In this document: positions 1 through 8,269 of the stretch, piece by piece
Layout of the letters: every line of letters starts with the position of its first letter
How positions within the stretch are numbered: the stretch's first letter is position 1
NCBI RefSeq assembly: GCF_049243625.1
Contig: NZ_CP046975.1
Origin: Corynebacterium amycolatum
Lineage (GTDB): Bacteria > Actinomycetota > Actinomycetes > Mycobacteriales > Mycobacteriaceae
DNA: 32,000 bases
Direction: 5' to 3' (one strand)
Made by a program: the position numbers and the translations under genes
The notes under the pieces: generated by a model
Told to the model about the DNA's origin: nothing
The model's database searches: none
The model's input: the letters and a program-made list of their open reading frames with translations, nothing else

Positions 1-1887
1 CCTTGGCTGCAAACCGCTCAACAAGTTTCAGCTGACCAGGCGTTTTTCCATTGGGATCTTGATTTCGCTGCTGTGATGGCTGATGGAGGCTTCGATTTCC
101 AGGTCGGTAACCCGCCTTGGGTTCGCCCGCGCACCGATGTCGATGCTCTCTATTCCGAACACGATCCATGGTTTAGTCTTGCTCATAAACCGACTCAGAC
201 GGATAAAAAGGACCGCAGAAAGCAACTAGCAAACGACGAACGCGTTCTGGCGACCCTCGCACGAGGCTTGTCGGACTCTGTAGTGACTTCTGCTGTGCTG
301 GGCGACGCTACTCGCTTCCCGCATTTAGTTGGTCAGCAACCAGATCTCTACCGAGGTTTCATGGAACAAACCTGGGCCAACGCAGCCCATGACGGTATTG
401 TTTCGCTTATTCACCCGGAGTCTCATTTCACTGAGAAGAAAGCTGCACCGCTTCGCGCGGGTGCCTATCGACGTCTCCGCAGGCATTGGCAGTTCATAAA
501 TGAACGTGTCTTGTTCGACATCGACCATCACGTATCCTATGGTGTCCATATTTATGGTCCACGCCTAGACGTTCCGCACTTCACCAGTGCCGCATCTCTG
601 TATCACCCAAAAACAGTTCTCGATTCCCTTCGTCACGATGGAACTGGTCCGCTACCTGGTCTAAAGGACGACAACGACAACTGGGACCTTCGTCCTCACC
701 GTGATCGCATTATCACGGTAGATATGAAAACTTTGCGACTTTGGCACTCGATTCTCGAGGAACCTGGGACTCCAGTTATCAATTCGAGGACTGTCTATAC
801 AGTCAACACTGAAGCAGCTGCTGTCTTAGCAAAGCTTGCTGCGGCACCACGCGTAAAGGAACTTGGGCTGCAATTCTCGAACGGCTGGCATGAATCTGCT
901 GACAAGAAGCGTGGTTATTTCGACACTTCTTGGCAGCATCCAGAGTCATGGAATGATGTCATCCTTCAAGGTCCTCACCTCGGCGTATCGACTCCGATGA
1001 TTAAGCAGCCCAATCCAACAATGAAACATAACCAGGACTGGTCGGAAATTGATCTCGAGGCTATTCCAGAGGACTTCATTCCTGCAACGGCCTATGCCCC
1101 AAATCGTGCAGCAACAGATTATGACTCGACATATACTCACCACACGGGATCCGACGGAGTCATAGTCTCAGATCGTTCAAAATACCGTTTTGCATGGCGC
1201 AAAATGGCAGCGACAACGGGATTCCGTACATTGTATTCTGCGCTGATTCCAAAAGGTTCAGCGATCTCCGGCTCCTCGGTTTCTGGATTGTCGTTAGTTT
1301 CTGATGAGATTTCTGTAGCCACAGGAGCAAGCCTTTCAGCAATCCTCTCTGATTTCGTAATTCGGTCAACTGGGTTAGCAAACCTATACGCCTCAACTAT
1401 TGAGCTGTTACCAGTAACCGACGCAAATGAGTTTAAAAAGACTTTTGTTTCCAACTACCTTCGCCTTAACTGCCTGACTTCTGCATACGCCCCACTGTGG
1501 GAAGAAATCACTGGTGAGCAGTGGACCACGGATACTCCACTGCGGAATGCCAAAGAACGATGGCATGCGCAAAATGAAATTGATGCAATTGTCGCGCTTT
1601 CCCTTGGCGTGACGGCTGATGAACTATGCATGATTTACCGCACCCAGTTCCCTGTGATGCGGCGGTATGACCAGGAAGACCTGTATGACGCGAATGGGCG
1701 AAAGGTTCCGAAGGACATCGCAAAACTCGAAGGAAAACTGAAGCCCGGAGAGGAATTAAGCGAAGAACGGCGGAAATGGACACATCCTCAGTCAGGTGTG
1801 ACATACACTTTTGAGTATCCATTCGCGCCACTAGACCGCGAAGAAGATCTTCGCGCAGCCTACGCACGATTTGAGAAAGAGCTATAA
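1..1887 (+). CDS. N6-adenine DNA methyltransferase (Eco57I/PglX/DrmMI-like gamma class), C-terminal part; the 5' end lies upstream of the window
   Basis: Frame 1 is open from nt 1, so the listed Met at 73 is internal. The translation reads ...FFHWDLDFAAVMADGGFDFQVGNPPW, with catalytic motif IV NPPW at 109..120. The F-H-W-x-L-D-F context is typical of large adenine methyltransferases from type IIG, BREX and DISARM systems. The AdoMet motif I must be upstream. About 590 aa follow motif IV, presumably the target-recognition region. The stop lies 5 nt before the next gene. Confidence 0.8.
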   Translation, partial: PWLQTAQQVSADQAFFHWDLDFAAVMADGGFDFQVGNPPWVRPRTDVDALYSEHDPWFSLAHKPTQTDKKDRRKQLANDERVLATLARGLSDSVVTSAVLGDATRFPHLVGQQPDLYRGFMEQTWANAAHDGIVSLIHPESHFTEKKAAPLRAGAYRRLRRHWQFINERVLFDIDHHVSYGVHIYGPRLDVPHFTSAASLYHPKTVLDSLRHDGTGPLPGLKDDNDNWDLRPHRDRIITVDMKTLRLWHSILEEPGTPVINSRTVYTVNTEAAAVLAKLAAAPRVKELGLQFSNGWHESADKKRGYFDTSWQHPESWNDVILQGPHLGVSTPMIKQPNPTMKHNQDWSEIDLEAIPEDFIPATAYAPNRAATDYDSTYTHHTGSDGVIVSDRSKYRFAWRKMAATTGFRTLYSALIPKGSAISGSSVSGLSLVSDEISVATGASLSAILSDFVIRSTGLANLYASTIELLPVTDANEFKKTFVSNYLRLNCLTSAYAPLWEEITGEQWTTDTPLRNAKERWHAQNEIDAIVALSLGVTADELCMIYRTQFPVMRRYDQEDLYDANGRKVPKDIAKLEGKLKPGEELSEERRKWTHPQSGVTYTFEYPFAPLDREEDLRAAYARFEKEL

Positions 1888-1892
1888 AAGCC

Positions 1893-4800
1893 GTGTCCAG
1901 CCTTCTGCCTGCCTACGCTGCCGAGCATGTACTCGATGGGTTGAGTGAGTACTTGACCACGAGTTTTTCCCTCGCGGAACGAAATACTGCTGAAAATCTG
2001 GAGCGCTTCCTCAAAGACCCAGTCAATGGAATGTTCCATGGGCCCTACATTCGCACCCGTTTGCCGTATGCACCAGCAACGCAGTGGGAAGGACTACTGG
2101 AGTGGCTACCGGAGTGGTTCGTTCCGTACCGCCACCAGGCTGAAGCATTTAAGAGGTTGTCGTCGTTAAGCGATGGCATAGAGCGTCGCCCCGAACCAAC
2201 CCTGGTAGTTACAGGTACTGGATCAGGTAAGACCGAGTCATTCCTGTACCCGATTCTGGATCATTGTCGGCGAGAACGACTACGCGGTCGTTCAGGCGGA
2301 GTAAAGGCGCTCATCCTCTACCCAATGAACGCACTGGCAAATGACCAGGCAGCACGATTGGCCTCGCTGATTTCTACCGAGCCTGAGTTAGCTGGGATTC
2401 GAGCAGGTATTTACACCGGCGAAAATCAGGGCGACCGGATGTCGGTAAGCGAGGCCGGTCTAATTACTGACCGCGAGACAATGCGGCAATCGCCACCAGA
2501 TATTTTGCTGACCAACTATAAAATGCTGGATCAGCTATTGCTTCGTGATGCAGATGCCAGAATCTGGCAGAAGTCTGCCACCACACTTCAGTACGTGGCG
2601 CTCGACGAGTTCCACACCTATGACGGTGCTCAGGGGACAGACGTTGCACTTTTGCTGCGCAGGATGGGCTTGTGTCTAAAGAAGCATCAGCCCGAAGGTT
2701 TTCTTAACGAGGTTGAAGCGGCACGACCGTTAGGCAAGATTACACCCGTGGCAACCTCTGCCACGCTGGGTAGTGGGGAGAAATCCACCGAGGAAATCCT
2801 TCACTTTGCCCACACGATTTTTGGTGAAGAGCTTCCCTCGGATGCCATCGTTCGTGAAACCACACTGGATATTCCAAGCTGGCAAAATACAATCGCAGAC
2901 TTTACTGGTGTGACCTCCACACCTACATCGATGCCTTCTCGCGATGTTGTAGTCGCCATCAATGATGAAATTGCCCACCAATCCGCCGAAGGCACCGCTG
3001 AGCACGATGCGATTGTGCATCGCGTGTTCTGCGAGCGCGTATTTAGATGCAATGAAGATGTCGATGTAGCAGTCGCGGCAGCGTCGGCAAGCGAGCTGGT
3101 AGTCAAAATACTGGAAAACACCTCCGCTCCAATTCAGCTAGGAAACGCTAATTCTTCAAGTGAGACTTTGGTAGAAGCTGTTCTCGATGCCGAAGTACAT
3201 CGTCTACCCGACGGCGGTGCCGCCGAGTTTCTTTCCCATGCTTTAACTGAGATCGCGTACTTGCGTGCGAAGTTTGGTGAGCTTCACGGGTGGAACGGTA
3301 AGAAATTTCCTGGTGTAGAAACACATCTCTGGGTAAGAGAAGTCTCCCGCGTGGATCGGCGTGTGGGTCTGGGAGCAACCGACAGCCTGAACGATAATGA
3401 CGCGATGTTCCGCTGGTCGGACAACGGTATCGAAAATTCCTACAACGAAAACTACTGGCTCCCCGCTTGCTACTGCCGCAACTGTGGTCGTTCGGGATGG
3501 ATGACTGCCCTGGCCGCTGGCGGAGAATCTATTGAAGCCAATGGCAAAAAGATTCGTCAACAGTCGATTTACAATGGTTCCCTCATGCGTCCCCTGCTGG
3601 ACGCCACGAGCGAAATTACGTCCGGGCACTACCGGATAGAAGATGAATCGGCGGGGGTTTTTTGGCTCAATGTCCGCGAAGAGCAGCTCTCAACTTCGGA
3701 ACCAAGTGAAGAGGAAAAAGAACAGGGCGGTATCGTACCTGTACTCACTTATTCAGGCGAGACTGCAGAGGATTTAGCCAAGAAACAGACATGCCCGTCT
3801 TGCGGAGAAATCAATTCAATTCGCTACCTCGGTTCGTCAGTCGCAACCTTACTGTCGGTAGCAATTTCGAATCTGTTCGGCATGGGCGACCTGGATGATA
3901 GTGAGAAGAAGTCTCTTGTCTTTGTCGACTCTGTCCAGGATGCTGCGCACCGAGCTGGTTTTGTGCAATCCCGAGCTCGAACCTTTGCCATTCGAACCCG
4001 TACACGGCAAATGGTTGGCGATACCCCAATTACGCTCAGCGAACTGCCAAGCAAGTTGATTGACTCAACGGATCAGGATTCCTCCCCGAGCCGCGCCAAA
4101 TTTGAACTGTTGCCACCTTGGGTCGCCGAAAATCAACGCTTCCGCGGATTCTGGGACCCACATGCAGGTAAAAAAGATCGAAAGCGCGCTACCGAGCTAT
4201 TGCGCGATGTTCTCGAACTCGACTTGGCATTGGAATTTGGTGATCGCTCTGATCTGTCTCGATCTCTTGTATCAACCGGCGCTCTGAGTGTCGGCGTCGA
4301 CGTATCGGATGCAGAGCTCGTCGAAGTTATCAGCGAACTGGGAATGCTCCGCGAAGATAGTCCTGCATCGCAAACGGAATCTCTTGGAGCACGGGACGTT
4401 GCTTGGGCTCGCGGCATATTGGAATACATGCGTCAAGCAGGTGGCATCGAGACTAAACTGCTTCAGAGTTACTTGAAGCATGATGGCAATGCATATCTGC
4501 TGAACCGCCGTGAAGCATCGGCTCGAGGAATCCCTAAGTTCCCACGTGGCGGCGCTCCTTCTTTCCCTCGCATCGGTAAAACCCTTCCAACTGAAAAAAC
4601 AGATTTTTCGGTCAATCCACTTGCCAGTGCACGGGGCGCTTATGCGCGGTGGACCGCCTCTATGCTGAAGGTTTCAACCAACGATGCAGCCCATCTAGTA
4701 ACTTCGCTGTTCAAGACTTTGGCTGACCAGGCAATTGTCAATGCCGTGACCACCGATAGCGGTGGAACAATTTATACGCTATCGCCTTCCCGTATCGTAA

Positions 4801-7800
4801 TCTGCCCCGAAGAAAGGAGCGAGATTCTCGAGTGCTCAGTGTGCCAGCGTCGTCTTGCGGTCGATTCCCACGGACGTCAACTTCTTGACGGCGCACCGTG
4901 CATTTCCCTGGGATGTGAAGGGACGTTCGGTATCACCGAAAATCACGATAATTACTACCGTCGGCTCTACCATTCTCGAAACTCGCGAACCGTGGTGGCC
5001 AAGGAACACACTGGCCTTCTTGATTCTGCTGAGCGCGTCGCGCTGGAAAATGAATTCAAAAAGCCTGTAGATGAGCAAAACGCAGATGCTCCGAATATCC
5101 TCGTCGCTACCCCAACACTGGAAATGGGTATCGACATCGGCGACCTATCTACAGTGATGTTGGCTTCTTTGCCAGACACTGTTGCGTCGTACGTACAACG
5201 AGTTGGCCGCGCCGGGCGTCTCACTGGCAATTCCCTGGTGTTGGCCATGGTAGTCGGCCGCCAGAAAGCACTTGCTCGGCTGGCGAACCCAACCGAAACT
5301 ATTGGTGGCGAGGTTCAACCGCCGGCAGCGTTTCTTTCCGCACGCGAGATTCTTCATCGTCAATTTGCAGGTTATTTGATTGATTCGATTGACTTCACTC
5401 AAACTGAAGTAACACCTCGCTTTGCGAATTCAGTATTCGGTATCGGCGGCAAGAACCTGGTTTCTGAACTGGTCAAGCGGCTCGAGGCAGGAGTTGAGGA
5501 CCTAGTTGACGAATTTTCGTCCACGATTGAGGGGCTGACTCGCCAGAACGTTCTCGATGAACTTCGAGAATGGGTGCAGCAAGGCTTCGCCGATCAGCTG
5601 CGCAAGGCTGAAAAAGACTGGCGCGAGGCACGACAGGTACTTATCGGCCGCCGTAAAGTCCTCGAAGAGTTGCTTGACCAGCTTGAAAGAGAAGCTGAAA
5701 CAGCTATGGCTGATGATGAAATCAGGTCGAAGCTACGGAAGACACGCGCCGCTTACAAGTTCACTCGCGCTCAACTGCAGAACTCTTTTGACTCCGAGCA
5801 TTGGGTCTCCGCGCTAGAGCGGTTTGGTATCTTGCCAAACTTCACCTTGCTTGATGACTCTGTGGAATTCTCAGTCTCAATTTCCAGAACCGACGCAACG
5901 ACGGGTGAATTTGAAACTGAGGCACGCGAATACTCGCGTGGCATTTCCTCTGCCTTATTCGAACTTGCGCCCGGCGCGACGTTCTATGCCCAAGGCATTG
6001 CAGCCACTGTGGACTCAGTAGATCTTGGACCACAGAATTCGGCCTTAGAAAAGTGGCGAATCTGCCCGTCTTGCTCCTATTCGGAGATTTATCCAGGAGC
6101 AGGAGAGGTACCAAATAAGGGGCCATGCCCACAGTGTGGTGAAGCAAAGTTCGGCGATATTTCACAAGTTAAGAGTGTCGTCGAGATGCGCAAGGTTTCT
6201 GCATCAGTGGACTACTCGCGTTCAGCTATTACCGACCGGTTCGAGGATCGCCGTCCAACACGGTTTGAGCGAGTCCTATCAATGGTGATTCCAGATGGAG
6301 CGGTTGGCGAAGGCTGGTACCTGGCTGACACGGGCTTCGGTATTCAGTACCTCCCCACAGTAGAACTGCGCTGGCTGAATCTAGGTAAACCTGCTGGCGG
6401 TGCCCGTCAATACCTTGCCGGCACTGAAGTTGAAGCACCAATGTTCCGGGTATGTCGCGAGTGCGGACACATCGATTCTGAAGCAGGCGCTAACCGCTGG
6501 CAGGATCACAAACCCTGGTGTTCTCTGCGACACGCTCGAGACGAAGACACCATCGATTTCGCTCTGGGCCGTCGTTTACAGACACAGGGCGTTCTCATGC
6601 ACCTTCCCACCTCTGTATCAACGACAGACACTAACGCTATCCCGTCGCTAATTGCCTCGTTGAAGATGGGATTCAAGGAATATCTTGGTGGGAATCCTAA
6701 TCATCTCGATGTCACTTCAGTATTCACTGCATCAAACGGCAGCGTCCGCCAGATGCTGCTGCTCCACGACTCTATTCCTGGCGGAACAGGTTATCTTTCG
6801 CAATTCACTGATTCTGCTGACATTCATCGCTTATTGGTTAAGGCGTATAACAAGCTCCGCAACTGCGAGTGTGGCAAAACGTCGCTAAAGGCCTGCCCGC
6901 ATTGCTTGTTACCTTTCACACCGGCTCGTAATGTGGACGTCGTCTCACGGGAATCTGCCCTGGCGACCCTAATCAAAATCCTTCTCGATGACGCGCACCC
7001 AGAGGATCCTGACGCACACATTCCAGAAGACTCCTGGGACGGCCGTATCACAGAGAAGAAACCAGCTCAGTCCGAAAGGTCTGAGTTGGAAGCGATGTTC
7101 CTCGAGCAACTGCGCGCAGACTTGAAGTCTGCAGGTGCAGTGGTCAACGAATCGACCCGCGGACTTAACGCTCTGTGGACCATTCGGTTCCCCAACTCCA
7201 AACTCACGTGGAAAATGGAAGAGCAGAAGAAGCTCCCCGGTAACTTGGGTTCCATCACAACACCGGATTTTTACTTTGATGTAGATGGTGCAGATCTCGA
7301 CCGGATTGCTGTTTACGTCGACGGTGTGCAATTCCACGCGAGTATCACTCACAACCGTGTGGCAGATGATATTGCTCGTCGTAACGCGCTCTACGCTGAT
7401 GGCATCGTGCCGTGGTCTTTGACCATGAAGGACCTGAAAGCCCGCCAAGCCATAGTGAAAGGGAATACCCCCAACGCCCCTTCGTGGTTCGTTAATGATT
7501 TCCGTCAACCGATCAATGGGAAGCTAAACCTCGAGGACAGCTTGCACACCTTGCTGCTGGCAGACCCAATGACGCAGCTTCTGGCCATACTCCAAAACCC
7601 GAGAAAGCGGTGGGACATCCTTTCTAAAGCTGCTGGTTTGCACACGTTAGCGAAGGCATCGATGACCCCAGGTGCATTCGGGCCGCTGATTGAATGCGGC
7701 GCTAAGGGGACACAGCTCTTCCTCGATTTCCGTGTTGAGGACGGTACTCCAAATACAGAAACCTGGAATTGGTTCCTGAACTTGGCTAATTTGTTCTACC

Positions 7801-8246
7801 TCAACGCTTATGCGGCTGGCCGCAATGTCATTAACGTTGAAAATGTCTCTTCTAGTGCCACAACCACAACGCCGAGTGAGTCTGGCGTGACAGACGCGGT
7901 GCTCGAGACTTTCGGGGATGCCGAAGAGACAGATCACGACAAATCTGTAGTGGAAACAATAGCGGCGAACGGCATGTGGGCAGAGGCTATCGATGAATAT
8001 CGGGATGATGAGTCCGAGGTAGTTGCAGCACTACAGCTTATGGTGGCCGCACATGTCATCGAGCCTTCAGACATCGGTGGAGAGATTAACGGCATTCCTA
8101 CTGCGGTAAGTTGGCCAGATAAGCGTGTAGCCCTAGTTTTCCCCGGCGATGCACAGTCTTTTTCCGCCGCTGTTGCGGATGGCTGGACAATCATCGACTC
8201 CGACGGATTCACAACGTCTGCTATTCCTGAATCTCTTCTCTCGTAG
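1893..8246 (+). CDS. Giant (2117 aa) SF2 DEAH-box helicase fused to a DUF1998 (MrfA/DrmB-type) Cys-rich domain and a DUF559/Vsr-like endonuclease motif
   Basis: Uninterrupted 6.35-kb ORF with a GTG start 5 nt after the methyltransferase stop. Helicase motif I is GTGSGKT (2211..2231), motif II is DEFH (2604..2615), and motif V/VI is LVATPTLEMGIDIGDL...QRVGRAGR (motif VI at 5196..5219). Several CxxC clusters and an HDSIPGGTGYL motif are present. The nuclease-like core reads PDFYFDV...IAVYVDGVQFH. Confidence 0.85.
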   Translation: MSSLLPAYAAEHVLDGLSEYLTTSFSLAERNTAENLERFLKDPVNGMFHGPYIRTRLPYAPATQWEGLLEWLPEWFVPYRHQAEAFKRLSSLSDGIERRPEPTLVVTGTGSGKTESFLYPILDHCRRERLRGRSGGVKALILYPMNALANDQAARLASLISTEPELAGIRAGIYTGENQGDRMSVSEAGLITDRETMRQSPPDILLTNYKMLDQLLLRDADARIWQKSATTLQYVALDEFHTYDGAQGTDVALLLRRMGLCLKKHQPEGFLNEVEAARPLGKITPVATSATLGSGEKSTEEILHFAHTIFGEELPSDAIVRETTLDIPSWQNTIADFTGVTSTPTSMPSRDVVVAINDEIAHQSAEGTAEHDAIVHRVFCERVFRCNEDVDVAVAAASASELVVKILENTSAPIQLGNANSSSETLVEAVLDAEVHRLPDGGAAEFLSHALTEIAYLRAKFGELHGWNGKKFPGVETHLWVREVSRVDRRVGLGATDSLNDNDAMFRWSDNGIENSYNENYWLPACYCRNCGRSGWMTALAAGGESIEANGKKIRQQSIYNGSLMRPLLDATSEITSGHYRIEDESAGVFWLNVREEQLSTSEPSEEEKEQGGIVPVLTYSGETAEDLAKKQTCPSCGEINSIRYLGSSVATLLSVAISNLFGMGDLDDSEKKSLVFVDSVQDAAHRAGFVQSRARTFAIRTRTRQMVGDTPITLSELPSKLIDSTDQDSSPSRAKFELLPPWVAENQRFRGFWDPHAGKKDRKRATELLRDVLELDLALEFGDRSDLSRSLVSTGALSVGVDVSDAELVEVISELGMLREDSPASQTESLGARDVAWARGILEYMRQAGGIETKLLQSYLKHDGNAYLLNRREASARGIPKFPRGGAPSFPRIGKTLPTEKTDFSVNPLASARGAYARWTASMLKVSTNDAAHLVTSLFKTLADQAIVNAVTTDSGGTIYTLSPSRIVICPEERSEILECSVCQRRLAVDSHGRQLLDGAPCISLGCEGTFGITENHDNYYRRLYHSRNSRTVVAKEHTGLLDSAERVALENEFKKPVDEQNADAPNILVATPTLEMGIDIGDLSTVMLASLPDTVASYVQRVGRAGRLTGNSLVLAMVVGRQKALARLANPTETIGGEVQPPAAFLSAREILHRQFAGYLIDSIDFTQTEVTPRFANSVFGIGGKNLVSELVKRLEAGVEDLVDEFSSTIEGLTRQNVLDELREWVQQGFADQLRKAEKDWREARQVLIGRRKVLEELLDQLEREAETAMADDEIRSKLRKTRAAYKFTRAQLQNSFDSEHWVSALERFGILPNFTLLDDSVEFSVSISRTDATTGEFETEAREYSRGISSALFELAPGATFYAQGIAATVDSVDLGPQNSALEKWRICPSCSYSEIYPGAGEVPNKGPCPQCGEAKFGDISQVKSVVEMRKVSASVDYSRSAITDRFEDRRPTRFERVLSMVIPDGAVGEGWYLADTGFGIQYLPTVELRWLNLGKPAGGARQYLAGTEVEAPMFRVCRECGHIDSEAGANRWQDHKPWCSLRHARDEDTIDFALGRRLQTQGVLMHLPTSVSTTDTNAIPSLIASLKMGFKEYLGGNPNHLDVTSVFTASNGSVRQMLLLHDSIPGGTGYLSQFTDSADIHRLLVKAYNKLRNCECGKTSLKACPHCLLPFTPARNVDVVSRESALATLIKILLDDAHPEDPDAHIPEDSWDGRITEKKPAQSERSELEAMFLEQLRADLKSAGAVVNESTRGLNALWTIRFPNSKLTWKMEEQKKLPGNLGSITTPDFYFDVDGADLDRIAVYVDGVQFHASITHNRVADDIARRNALYADGIVPWSLTMKDLKARQAIVKGNTPNAPSWFVNDFRQPINGKLNLEDSLHTLLLADPMTQLLAILQNPRKRWDILSKAAGLHTLAKASMTPGAFGPLIECGAKGTQLFLDFRVEDGTPNTETWNWFLNLANLFYLNAYAAGRNVINVENVSSSATTTTPSESGVTDAVLETFGDAEETDHDKSVVETIAANGMWAEAIDEYRDDESEVVAALQLMVAAHVIEPSDIGGEINGIPTAVSWPDKRVALVFPGDAQSFSAAVADGWTIIDSDGFTTSAIPESLLS
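2115..2883 (+). other. RecA1 lobe of the DEAH helicase (motifs Q/I/Ia/II/III)
   Basis: YRHQAEAF precedes Walker A TGTGSGKTE. PMNALANDQ is a motif Ia-like element. LTNYKMLD and DEFHTYDGAQG (motif II) follow, then ATSATLG (motif III-like SAT). Confidence 0.75.
2885..4950 (+). other. Insertion of about 690 aa between the two helicase lobes, carrying Cys clusters
   Basis: There are no helicase motifs between motif III and the HTGLL...LVATPTLEMGIDIG block. The segment contains CYCRNC (3468..3485) and CPSC (3792..3803). It also contains CSVC-x18-CISLGC (4833..4916), which lies immediately before the RecA2 lobe. Confidence 0.6.
4953..5343 (+). other. RecA2 (helicase C-terminal) lobe
   Basis: The sequence reads VAKEHTGLLDSAERVALENEFKK...NILVATPTLEMGIDIGDLSTVMLASLPDTVASYVQRVGRAGR. 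This is the classical SF2 motif IV-VI pattern. Confidence 0.8.
5797..6935 (+). other. DUF1998-like (MrfA/DrmB/DruE-type) zinc-binding region
   Basis: ERFGILPNFTLLDD resembles the hydrophobic LPxY/F-xF motif. A CPSC-x17-CPQC ribbon lies at 6063..6137, followed by CRECGH...C...H at 6453..6533. LLLHDSIPGGTGYLSQF is a GG-x-G-Y signature. The terminal cluster is CEC-x7-CPHC at 6864..6905. Confidence 0.65.
7075..7445 (+). other. DUF559/Vsr-like (restriction-endonuclease-fold) motif region
   Basis: The sequence reads SELEAMFLEQL...TPDFYFDVDGADLDRIAVYVDGVQFHASITHNRVADDIARRNALYADGIVPWSL. It fits the D-F...hhhE/V-x-DG-x-x-H...D..R...L...G pattern of DUF559/Vsr-type endonuclease domains. Confidence 0.5.
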
Positions 8247-8269
8247 CTAGTACAGAAAGGTCTCAATAA

